64,000 nt of DNA from positions 74,524-138,523 of the forward strand of contig JAYZFG010000016.1 in assembly GCA_036336885.1 (NCBI GenBank), read 5' to 3'. Position numbers and translations under genes: made by a program. Below, in pieces: positions 1-8,124 of this stretch. Within the stretch, counting starts at the first letter, position 1; each line of letters starts with the position of its first letter. The DNA comes from Pseudomonadota bacterium (lineage in GTDB: Bacteria > Pseudomonadota > Alphaproteobacteria > MPNO01 > UBA2964). The notes under the pieces are model-generated. The model did not search any database, had not been told where the DNA came from, and saw only the letters and a list, made by a program, of their open reading frames with translations.

Positions 1-230
1 CGCGGCAAACGTTGAAAAACCTTGAGGGAGTTCTCAATGAAGCCGGTGCTAGTTTTGCTAACGTTGTGAATATGCGTGTTTGCCTGCGAAACGTCGCAGA
101 CTTTCCAAAATTCAATGTTGCCTTTACAGAATTTATGCAGGGCGAAAAAGTTACCCGAACCTGTATCGGTGGCATTCCTCATAGACCTAGGGTTGATGTC
201 GAAATCGATTGTATTGCAATGTTCGACTGA
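1..230 (+). CDS. RidA/YjgF-family protein, C-terminal part (5' end lies outside the window)
   Basis: The frame is open to the left window edge (in-frame codons from nt 3). The tail NLEGVLNEAGASFANVVNMRVCL..DFPKFN..F.EF......TRTCIGG.P....VEIDCIAMF looks like the C-terminal half of RidA-family proteins. Confidence 0.75.
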   Translation, partial: RQTLKNLEGVLNEAGASFANVVNMRVCLRNVADFPKFNVAFTEFMQGEKVTRTCIGGIPHRPRVDVEIDCIAMFD

Positions 231-304
231 GAACATTTGTTTAAGGTTCTAGACGGTAAAAGTATAATTGGATGATGCAACAATAAGGTGATGAGTGAGT
301 TATT

Positions 305-1675
305 TTGACCAATTTACTAAATGATCTAAAGGTTTTATTGGGCGATCGGCTATCGACGGCCGAAGCGACTAGATTGCAATTCGCTAAAGATGAGTCACAT
401 CACTCACCGAAAGCCCCAGACGCAGTGGTGCATCCTATTTCTGAAGAGGAAGTTTCACAAATTGTGAAAATTTGTTCTAAACATCAAACACCTATCATTC
501 CTTTCGGCGCGGGCACCTCTCTTGAAGGGGGCGTTGGGGCCGTACATGGTGGTATCTGCATTGATATGTCGAGAATGAATAACATTCTTCGAGTTAATGA
601 CAAGGATCTAGATGCCATCGTGGAGGCGGGAGTTACTCGCAAGCAGCTCAATTCACACCTGCGTGATACAGGTCTATTTTTCCCAATTGACCCCGGGGCC
701 GATGCGACCATTGGAGGTATGGCGTCCACTAGGGCATCGGGCACTAATGCAGTTAGATACGGCACCATGCGTGAAAATGTTTTAAATGTTAAAGTTGTTT
801 TGGCAAATGGTGAAGTCATAAAAACTGGTGGTCGAGCCAGAAAATCATCCGCGGGTTATGACATAACACGTTTGTTTGTCGGTGCAGAAGGGACGTTGGG
901 GGTAATTACTGAAATTACCCTTCGCTTGCATGGTATACCAGAGTCGATTACCTCTGCGGTTTGTTCGTTTCCCTCTGTAGAATCGGCAGTAGATTGTTCT
1001 GTTTTAACAATACAATCCGGCATCCCGGTTGCTCGGGTTGAACTGTTGGACAAACTACAGATGCAAGCATGTATCCAATATTCTTCTCTAAATTATGAGG
1101 TATCCCCTGCATTATTTTTTGAATTTCACGGGTCGTTGGCAAGCGTTCGTGAGCAGGCGGAGCTAGTACAGTCAATAGCTACGAATTTTGGAGGGCAAAG
1201 ATTTCGATGGGCAGAAAAAATAGAAGAGCGCAATCAACTATGGCACGCTCGTCATAATGCCTTATATGCGGCGCTGGCATTAAAACCGGGCGCGCAGGCC
1301 TGGTCGACAGACGTTTGCGTTCCCGTTTCTAGGCTTTCCGAGTGTATAGAAAAAACACGCTTAGATATTGATAAAAGCTCTGCGACTGCGACAATTTTGG
1401 GGCATGTAGGCGATGGCAACTTTCATGTTATTTTCTTGATTGATCCTGAATGTCCTGAAGACCTTCTTAACGCACAACGGATTAATGAGCGTATGATCTC
1501 GCGTGCTATTTCTATGGAGGGTACCTGTACAGGCGAGCATGGCGTTGGTATGGGCAAGCTAAAATATTTGGAAGAAGAATTTGGTGATGCATTGGATATC
1601 ATGCACAACTTAAAGCGTGTCCTTGATCCAGAAAATTTAATGAACCCTGGTAAAGTTGTAAGACTAACCAATTAA
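305..1675 (+). CDS. FAD-linked oxidase, D-lactate dehydrogenase (cytochrome)/GlcD-like
   Basis: 456-aa ORF. It has a PCMH-type FAD-binding N-domain (PFGAGTSLEGG) and an FAD-oxidase C-domain (GHVGDGNFH, GTCTGEHGVGMGK, LDPENLMNPGK). TTG start taken from the ORF track. Confidence 0.85.
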   Translation: MTNLLNDLKVLLGDRLSTAEATRLQFAKDESHHSPKAPDAVVHPISEEEVSQIVKICSKHQTPIIPFGAGTSLEGGVGAVHGGICIDMSRMNNILRVNDKDLDAIVEAGVTRKQLNSHLRDTGLFFPIDPGADATIGGMASTRASGTNAVRYGTMRENVLNVKVVLANGEVIKTGGRARKSSAGYDITRLFVGAEGTLGVITEITLRLHGIPESITSAVCSFPSVESAVDCSVLTIQSGIPVARVELLDKLQMQACIQYSSLNYEVSPALFFEFHGSLASVREQAELVQSIATNFGGQRFRWAEKIEERNQLWHARHNALYAALALKPGAQAWSTDVCVPVSRLSECIEKTRLDIDKSSATATILGHVGDGNFHVIFLIDPECPEDLLNAQRINERMISRAISMEGTCTGEHGVGMGKLKYLEEEFGDALDIMHNLKRVLDPENLMNPGKVVRLTN

Positions 1676-1748
1676 ATTCAAAAATTAATAGATAATGCTG
1701 AGGGCGTCGGAAACCGCCGATATCTTCGAGTTTTTGAAAGGCGAGGTA

Positions 1749-1991
1749 CTAGCCTTTATTTTTTAATGTATTGAGCACATATACTCGCAATGCAGAGGAT
1801 AAATTACTCTTTCTCCCGTGGTCAATTTCAGAAATTAACCTATTTATTGATAATTTTCGGTCTGTAGCAATTTGGTTTAACGCCTCCCAAAAAGGCTTTT
1901 CAAGGGAGACGCTTGTCGGATGTCCAGAAATAACAACCGAACGTTTTAAAGGAATACTCATAACTCTGCCATAAATTTCATTTTTGGACAC
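1749..1991 (-). CDS. Ribbon-helix-helix (RHH_4-like) small protein
   Basis: 80 aa. KRSVVISGHPTSVSLEKPFWEALNQIA....SINRLISEID......NLSSALRVYVL matches the pattern I recall for alphaproteobacterial RHH_4 domain proteins. Confidence 0.6.
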   Translation of the reverse strand: MSKNEIYGRVMSIPLKRSVVISGHPTSVSLEKPFWEALNQIATDRKLSINRLISEIDHGRKSNLSSALRVYVLNTLKNKG

Positions 1992-2094
1992 AGAAACTTA
2001 AGTGTAAAAAACACTATACCAAAATATAGTTAATAATCTATCAGCGGACACCCAATTAAGATAATTTAATTAAATAGTAACGAGGGGGTATACG

Positions 2095-2568
2095 ATGCCA
2101 AATATAGTTGAAGATAGAATTCGAAAATTGGGAATTTTATTACCGGATGCTCTAGAACCAAGGGTTGCAAAAATAAGAGGGTCTAATATAGCGGGCCCAT
2201 TCCTATATATTTCAGGTCAGGTACCACAATGGAACGGCGAGATGCCATATATCGGGAAAGTAGGGAGGGAATTCTCCATCGAACAAGGTTACGAGGCAGC
2301 ACGGATGTCTGCGTTAAATGTTATAGCCCACGCCAAGAAGGCATTAGATGGTGATCTCGACAGAGTTACCAAGGTGGCCAAGCTAAAAGGCTATGTCAAC
2401 GCAACTTCGGACCTTGCTGAAGTTGCGGCCGTTGTGAATGGAGCATCTGAATTAATGGTTGATGTATTTGGCCAGGAAATTGGTTCTCATGCTCGCACAG
2501 TGGCTGGTGTTTCATCTATGCCGTTTAATGTAGCCATAGAAGTGGAGGCAGAATTTCTAATAGCTTAA
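2095..2568 (+). CDS. RidA family protein
   Basis: 157 aa with a GAGGGGG Shine-Dalgarno upstream. YISGQVP...G, ARMSALNV.A and RTVAGVSSMPFNVAIEVEAEF are typical of YjgF/RidA-like proteins. Confidence 0.8.
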   Translation: MPNIVEDRIRKLGILLPDALEPRVAKIRGSNIAGPFLYISGQVPQWNGEMPYIGKVGREFSIEQGYEAARMSALNVIAHAKKALDGDLDRVTKVAKLKGYVNATSDLAEVAAVVNGASELMVDVFGQEIGSHARTVAGVSSMPFNVAIEVEAEFLIA

Positions 2569-3096
2569 ATCATTTTTTACAGACTGTGCTAAGTCTTGCC
2601 AGGGTTCGGTATCCCAGTATCGGCTAGCTAGACCCGACGGTGAGGGTAGGACGTAAAGGGCTGTCCGGCCGATGAATTGATTTTGATGCCCATAATTCAT
2701 ATTTTTTAAACCAAATTTCATATTATAAAAGACCTTCGCGGATCTTTTGCCAACAAATGCCATCACTTTCGGTTTTAATTCTATAATTATTTTATTTATA
2801 CGCTCTGGCTTGTCTGCATAATTTGGTATTGATTGATCGCTTCCATAAGCTTGTTTAGCCATATCGGTTAGACCAATACCAAACTCTAAGAGGGCGGAAA
2901 ATTCTTGGGGTAATAATAATCGGGAAGTAAGACCTACTTCATAAATAGTCGACCAAAATTTATTTCCCGGACCGGCGTAATACGCCTTTTCTTCTGCCGA
3001 AACGGTACTTGCGGCGCTTCCACAAAAAACAATATTTAAGTCAGGAGCTAGAAGATCGGGAAGTACAAAGCCTGAAGGGTCGCTATTAAATGTCAT
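2557..3096 (-). CDS. Uracil-DNA glycosylase superfamily protein, Mug/TDG-like
   Basis: 179 aa and colinear with E. coli Mug from memory: LLAPDLNIVFCG.....PGNKFW..IY..GLT; LYVLPSPSGL. The first motif reads GSAAS instead of GINPG. Its 3' end overlaps the convergent RidA gene by 12 nt. Confidence 0.65.
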   Translation of the reverse strand: MTFNSDPSGFVLPDLLAPDLNIVFCGSAASTVSAEEKAYYAGPGNKFWSTIYEVGLTSRLLLPQEFSALLEFGIGLTDMAKQAYGSDQSIPNYADKPERINKIIIELKPKVMAFVGKRSAKVFYNMKFGLKNMNYGHQNQFIGRTALYVLPSPSGLASRYWDTEPWQDLAQSVKNDLSY

Positions 3097-3149
3097 AAAA
3101 ATCTATACAGCATGCGTTAATCCACGCACTATGCGATCTAGTTAGTTTA

Positions 3150-4364
3150 TCAGGCGGCCCACTTAAGAGCGAGCCTACCCCATATTTCAACAAGCGCATT
3201 TACAATATGATCAATATCTTCGTTGGTATGTATGGGCGAGGGGGTGAGCCGAAGTCTCTCCGTCCCCCTTGGTACCGTTGGATAATTAATTGGTTGAACA
3301 TAAATTCCATATCGATCCAAGAGATCATCCGTAACCTGTTTGCATGTTATAGGATCCCCAACCATAACAGGAACAATATGTGAAGAGCTGGGCATAACGG
3401 GCAGACCAGCATCAGTTAAAAGGTGCTTAAGTGTAGCCACTCGTTCCTGATGTTTTTTACGTTTACTATGTCCATTATCTCGAAGATATCTAACACTAGC
3501 CGCCGCCGCCGCCGCAACAGCTGGTGGCAAGGAAGTAGTGAATATAAATCCACTCGCCTTTGAACGAACGAAATCAATTACTGGTTCCGATCCGGTAATA
3601 TAGCCACCCACAACACCAAATGCTTTTGCCAATGTTCCTTGGATGATTGTGATCCTGTCCATTTGACCGTCACGTTCAGCAACGCCACCCCCTCTGGGCC
3701 CATACATTCCAACCGCATGAACCTCATCAATATATGTCATAGCTTTGTATTCCTCAGCGAGGTCACAAATATCGGCAATGGGCGCTATGTCTCCATCCAT
3801 AGAATAAATAGATTCAAATACAATGATTTTTGGGCGTTCTGGTTCAATTGCTTTAAGCAGGTGCTCCAAGTGTTTCACGTCATTGTGTTTAAAAATTCGC
3901 TTTTCGGCACGACTATGGCGTACTCCTGCGATCATTGAGGCATGATTGTACTCATCGGAGAGGAGAACACAGTCCGGGATTTGGGAAGCTAGCGTCGAAA
4001 GAGCCGCATCGTTGGCAACATAGCCGGACGTGAATAGAAGTGCCCCTTCTTTGCGGTGCAAATTCGCTAGTTCCCGTTCCAGTAAAACATGCTGATGAGT
4101 TGTACCCGAGATATTTCGTGTTCCCCCGGAGCCAGCGCCAACCAGGTCGATTGTATTTTTCATAGTTGCCAGGACATCTGGATGTTGCCCCATTCCGAGG
4201 TAGTCGTTACTACACCAGACCGTAACTTCGTTTTTTTCGTTATCGATATGACGGCTGGCATTTGGGAAATAGCCAGCATGGCGTTCTAGCTCAGCAAATA
4301 CGCGGTAGTTTCCCTCCGCTTTGAGCTTATTTATCTCCTCACCGAAAAATTTCTTGTAATCCAT
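3150..4364 (-). CDS. hemA: 5-aminolevulinate synthase
   Basis: [34 protein letters not shown]...[14 protein letters not shown] plus a PLP-lysine region (SMDGD...GTLAKAFG), as in alphaproteobacterial ALAS. I chose the internal ATG at 4364; the ORF-track start at 4430 adds 22 unconserved residues. Confidence 0.9.
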   Translation of the reverse strand: MDYKKFFGEEINKLKAEGNYRVFAELERHAGYFPNASRHIDNEKNEVTVWCSNDYLGMGQHPDVLATMKNTIDLVGAGSGGTRNISGTTHQHVLLERELANLHRKEGALLFTSGYVANDAALSTLASQIPDCVLLSDEYNHASMIAGVRHSRAEKRIFKHNDVKHLEHLLKAIEPERPKIIVFESIYSMDGDIAPIADICDLAEEYKAMTYIDEVHAVGMYGPRGGGVAERDGQMDRITIIQGTLAKAFGVVGGYITGSEPVIDFVRSKASGFIFTTSLPPAVAAAAAASVRYLRDNGHSKRKKHQERVATLKHLLTDAGLPVMPSSSHIVPVMVGDPITCKQVTDDLLDRYGIYVQPINYPTVPRGTERLRLTPSPIHTNEDIDHIVNALVEIWGRLALKWAA

Positions 4365-4486
4365 CTCGGTCTTCCAGTTATGAGGCTCTGACCACCATGA
4401 TAGCGTATATAAAACCTCTATTTCGTCCAAATGTTAAGAGGCCATCTTGCCGCAGGTATTTTAAGAAAGGCTCTCAATAACTATTT

Positions 4487-5491
4487 CTATCCACCGGTTA
4501 TGCTCATGTGACGAGGTACGGAGGGTTCCCGTCTTCTGCGGTCTATTATAAAGTCATGCCCCTTTGGTTTTCGACCAATTGCCTCATCAATAGCATTCAT
4601 TAGGGCATTGCCATTATCATTCATCCTGACCGGGTTTCTTAGGTCTGCGACATCCTCCTGACCGAGGCACATGTAAAGCATACCAGTACAAGTTATGCGT
4701 ACACGATTGCAGCTTTCGCAAAAGTTATGTGTAAGAGGCGTAATAAAGCCAATCCGGCCTCCTGTCTCCTTTACCTTTACATAACGGGCAGGGCCACCAG
4801 TTTGATAGTCAATATCTTTGAGGGTCCAAGTCTCATTAAGTTTAGCTCGTACCATTGAAAGAGGCATGTATTGATCAAGTCGGGCGCTATTTCCTATTTC
4901 ACCCATTGGCATTACCTCAATGAAGGTGAGATCAAAACCCTCATCTCCACACCACCGAACTAACTCGTCAAACTCGTTGTCATTTACATCTCGGAGGGCA
5001 ACGGCATTAATTTTTATGGCAATGTTTGCACGTTTGGCCGCTTCTAAACCAGCCTTGACATTTTCCAGTCGACCCCAACGAGTAATTGAAGAAAATTTTT
5101 CGTCATCAAGCGTATCCAGAGATACATTGATGCGTTTTACCCCAATATCTGAAAGTTCCTCTGCGAAACGCTTGAGCTGGCTGCCGTTGGTCGTGACCGT
5201 AAGCTCTTTAAGGTCCCCACTTTCTAAGTGTCGTGACAATTTTCGAAACAACGACATGACGTTGCGCCGAACTAGTGGCTCTCCACCTGTCATACGTAAT
5301 TTTGTGACCCCTCGTGAGACAAAAGCAGAGCATATTCTTTCAATCTCCTCCAAGGTCAGAACATCCTGTTTTGGAAGGAAGGTCATATCCTCTGACATAC
5401 AATAGACACAACGAAAGTCGCATCTGTCAGTAACGGATACACGCAAGTAATTTACGGTGCGACCATGGGGGTCGATGAGAGGGTTATCCAT
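4487..5491 (-). CDS. moaA: GTP 3',8-cyclase (molybdenum cofactor biosynthesis protein A)
   Basis: Radical-SAM motif [15 protein letters not shown], a C-terminal [14 protein letters not shown] cluster motif, and a terminal GG. Confidence 0.95.
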   Translation of the reverse strand: MDNPLIDPHGRTVNYLRVSVTDRCDFRCVYCMSEDMTFLPKQDVLTLEEIERICSAFVSRGVTKLRMTGGEPLVRRNVMSLFRKLSRHLESGDLKELTVTTNGSQLKRFAEELSDIGVKRINVSLDTLDDEKFSSITRWGRLENVKAGLEAAKRANIAIKINAVALRDVNDNEFDELVRWCGDEGFDLTFIEVMPMGEIGNSARLDQYMPLSMVRAKLNETWTLKDIDYQTGGPARYVKVKETGGRIGFITPLTHNFCESCNRVRITCTGMLYMCLGQEDVADLRNPVRMNDNGNALMNAIDEAIGRKPKGHDFIIDRRRREPSVPRHMSITGG

Positions 5492-5510
5492 TAACTCGCC
5501 TTTGGACCAA

Positions 5511-5558
5511 TTAAGATAAAAGCGCTATATACAACAGTATATAGCGCTTTTATCTTAA
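5511..5558. promoter_or_regulatory. Perfect 22+22-bp palindrome containing a ModE-type Mo-box (CGCTATATA-N6-TATATAGCG)
   Basis: TTAAGATAAAAGCGCTATATAC aaca GTATATAGCGCTTTTATCTTAA lies in the divergent moaA/fdhD spacer. The arms are exact reverse complements. Confidence 0.7.
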
Positions 5559-5617
5559 AAATAAAGGGTACAGCGAATACTATTGCTCACGGAGTGATGA
5601 CAGTTCATAAATAGCCA

Positions 5618-6442
5618 ATGACCAATTACCTTCTTGCTCCAAATCCCAAGGATACGAGACTAACTGAAAGTGTTAGCGGCGTCGATCAGGCTGGGAGTCA
5701 AATTAGAACGACAGTGACGGTTGAACGCCCGTTGACCGTGTTTTTAAACGATCAAGAAATAGTTACTATCATGACAATCGGCGACTACCCCGAGTGTCTG
5801 GCGATTGGGTTTTTATTAAATCAAAATATGTTGCAGCAAGATGATACTATTATCGCTGTCGACTTTGATGGAGAGATTGATACCGTTGTGGTTCGGACCA
5901 ATCGACAAACTGATTATGAACAAAAACTAAAGAAAAAAACACGCACTTCAGGTTGTGCAATAGGTACGGTTTTTGGCGATGTCATGGAAAAATTTGAGGA
6001 TATAGAATTAGATACCTCGGCTAAATTATATGTGTCTTGGCTTTATTATTTGTCGAAGACAATCAGTTCAACTCCTAGTTTATATTTGGAAGCCGGTGCT
6101 ATTCATGGCTGTGTATTGTGTGAACAGGACAAGGCTCTGGTTTATATGGAAGACGTTGGACGTCACAATGCTGTTGATAAAATTGCTGGTTACATGTTTC
6201 TTAACGATATCGAGCCCGAAGGAAAGATGTTTTACACAACGGGGCGCCTTACCAGTGAGATGGTGATTAAGACTGTTCAGATGGAGATCCCAATTTTGAT
6301 TTCTCGGTCCGGCTTTACGGCCTGGGGTGTGGACTTGGCACGCCAAGCGAATCTCACTCTGGTTGGCCGAGCGCGCGGCAAACGTTTTATAGCGCTCGCA
6401 GGAGAAGATCGAATCATTTTTGATAACAATACAAACGGTTAA
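5618..6442 (+). CDS. fdhD: Formate dehydrogenase accessory sulfurtransferase FdhD/FdsC
   Basis: 274 aa. It has EDVGRHNAVDK, the TSGRLTSEMV-like stretch TTGRLTSEMVIK and LISRSGFT, all characteristic of FdhD. Confidence 0.9.
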   Translation: MTNYLLAPNPKDTRLTESVSGVDQAGSQIRTTVTVERPLTVFLNDQEIVTIMTIGDYPECLAIGFLLNQNMLQQDDTIIAVDFDGEIDTVVVRTNRQTDYEQKLKKKTRTSGCAIGTVFGDVMEKFEDIELDTSAKLYVSWLYYLSKTISSTPSLYLEAGAIHGCVLCEQDKALVYMEDVGRHNAVDKIAGYMFLNDIEPEGKMFYTTGRLTSEMVIKTVQMEIPILISRSGFTAWGVDLARQANLTLVGRARGKRFIALAGEDRIIFDNNTNG

Positions 6443-6511
6443 TATGGAGAAACCTCAACTAACGTTCATAATTCTGGTCCCTCTAGATAATTTAAAATAG
6501 GTATTCCGAAA

Positions 6512-7093
6512 ATGGATTTAGAACTCCATTGGAGGGGCCCTATTGGACCCGGGAATTTTCCGACTGATCCCACTACAGTAGAAGACTTAAACCAAAGCGG
6601 TATCTATCTTAGGCTTAAAATTTACCAAAATGGCCGATGTATAGCCTACGTTGGCCAATCTCAAAATTTATTATTCCGATTCGTACAGCACATAAGGAGT
6701 ATTTTATCACTTCAACAATTGCTACGAGATCATATGGGCTCTTTGGTTGTCAGCGAAAATTTTAGAGATCGTTTTAACTTTATAAATAAATTGTCCAGTT
6801 TAGGTATGTTAGCTATAGCGGAGGCGGAAAGGACCAAGTTTTATTTTGCATTAGGACGAGATGGCTTTGATACTGAGTATTTAGGGTTAATAGAGGCCAT
6901 GCTTAAAACACGTGCTGAAAAAATTCTTTGCGGTGATTTAGAAAATATACAGGATATAACTCCTGGTGAGTTTGACCATGATATTACGATATCAAATAAC
7001 TTCTCCAGAGTGGGTTCGGAAGGTTATAAGTTAATAGGTAGCATCATTGGTCATGAATCTATTCGTGTGATTGCTCGGCAGGAATTTGGTTAG
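6512..7093 (+). CDS. Hypothetical protein with an N-terminal GIY-YIG-like nuclease motif
   Basis: 193 aa. G30-I-Y...Y46-V-G...R56...H60 has the same YVG-to-R (8) and R-to-H (4) spacing as I-TevI (from memory). My hand count gives about 38% G+C, lower than its neighbours. It ends 2 nt before the mobA ATG. Confidence 0.5.
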   Translation: MDLELHWRGPIGPGNFPTDPTTVEDLNQSGIYLRLKIYQNGRCIAYVGQSQNLLFRFVQHIRSILSLQQLLRDHMGSLVVSENFRDRFNFINKLSSLGMLAIAEAERTKFYFALGRDGFDTEYLGLIEAMLKTRAEKILCGDLENIQDITPGEFDHDITISNNFSRVGSEGYKLIGSIIGHESIRVIARQEFG

Positions 7094-7095
7094 AT

Positions 7096-7725
7096 ATGGG
7101 AGATAAATTCGGCGTTTGCGGTTTATTATTGGCGGGTGGTCAATCGCGCCGTATGGGAGGTGGTGATAAATGTCTCCGGGTTCTTGCAGGAAAAACCCTA
7201 CTTACCCGAGTAATCGAATGTGCCCGGCCACAGGTTGATGAGCTTATTCTAAACGCGAATGGGGATCCCGCCCGTTTCGAAGAATATGGTATTTCAGTAG
7301 TTGATGATGTTGTGAGCGGATTTTCTGGTCCCCTGGCTGGTATTCTAACAGGTTTGGAGTGGCTGCGAAATAATCATCCAGATTGCCAGTGGCTGGCGAG
7401 TTTCGCCTGCGACGCACCGTTTATCCCTTCAGATATGGTGTCACGAATGAAGTCAGTAACTGAAAAACAAAATGGAGAAGTTTGTTGTGCAGTATCTGGC
7501 GGGCGTGATCAACCTGTATTCGGTCTATGGCCAGTTAAACTAGCAGGTGATCTTCGTGAGGCTCTGGTTAAAGAAAGGGTCAGGAAGGTTGATTTGTGGA
7601 CACAGCGGTACAAGTTAATCCGAACGGAATGGCAACTGGATCCAGTGGACCCCTTTTTCAATGTAAATACACAAGACGACCTCCTGAAAGCTACAAAACT
7701 AATCGGTTCTAACTTGACGAGCTAG
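7096..7725 (+). CDS. mobA: Molybdenum cofactor guanylyltransferase
   Basis: N-terminal LLLAGGQSRRMGGGDK, then a DAPF and PVFGLW-type core. 209 aa. Confidence 0.9.
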   Translation: MGDKFGVCGLLLAGGQSRRMGGGDKCLRVLAGKTLLTRVIECARPQVDELILNANGDPARFEEYGISVVDDVVSGFSGPLAGILTGLEWLRNNHPDCQWLASFACDAPFIPSDMVSRMKSVTEKQNGEVCCAVSGGRDQPVFGLWPVKLAGDLREALVKERVRKVDLWTQRYKLIRTEWQLDPVDPFFNVNTQDDLLKATKLIGSNLTS

Positions 7726-7750
7726 TTTAACAGGTTGTTTGATTAGGTTT

Positions 7751-8116
7751 ATGAATGAAGCAAGAGAAGATAAACCTAAACTCAGAATCCTACTTGGGGC
7801 CGCTGTGGCGCTTGGTCCAGGAAAAGTAGCACTTTTGGAGGCGGTTGATAAGTCTGGTTCTATTACGGGGGCTGCCCGTTACATGGGTATGTCTTACCGC
7901 CGAGCTTGGAAATTGATTGAGGCGATGAACAACGATTTCAAGGTGCCATTGATTGCTACTAGTTCTGGTGGTCGAGGCGGAGGTGGTGCCCTTGTAACCA
8001 AAGCAGGGTTCGACGCCTTAAAAAGATACCGTTCAATGGAGACGAAAGCCGGACAGGCTGTAGAAAAAGAAATTTCAGATTTTGCAGATTTGCTTAAAAC
8101 CGTAAAATCATCCTGA
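7751..8116 (+). CDS. ModE-like winged-helix regulator, N-terminal DNA-binding domain only (no Mop domains)
   Basis: SGSITGAARYMGMSYRRAWKLIEAMN....PLI..SSGGRGGGGALVT matches the ModE N-domain. The total is only about 121 aa from ATG 7751, or 125 aa from the ORF-track TTG at 7739. Confidence 0.8.
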   Translation: MNEAREDKPKLRILLGAAVALGPGKVALLEAVDKSGSITGAARYMGMSYRRAWKLIEAMNNDFKVPLIATSSGGRGGGGALVTKAGFDALKRYRSMETKAGQAVEKEISDFADLLKTVKSS

Positions 8117-8124
8117 ACCAAATA

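Noticed and set aside
4920-5405. Long antisense or alternative-frame ORFs from the track. Examples: 484-819, 4920-5405, 8300-10865 (several), 11998-12504, 17266-17664, 28041-28349, 32173-32607, 45548-45883, 51360-51617, 52302-52682, 53020-53352, 58826-59191, 62200-62595, 62935-63370.
   Set aside because: Each lies fully inside a much longer ORF on the other strand or frame that has clear family motifs. Their translations are low-complexity (Ser/Pro/Arg-rich) with no recognisable motifs or RBS. They are typical shadow ORFs.
5492-5617. Moco riboswitch upstream of moaA.
   Set aside because: The spacer is only 126 bp and is dominated by one perfect DNA palindrome with a Mo-box core. I could not recognise the multi-stem Moco RNA motif. 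Protein (ModE-type) control is the simpler reading. An Infernal scan with RF01055 would settle it.
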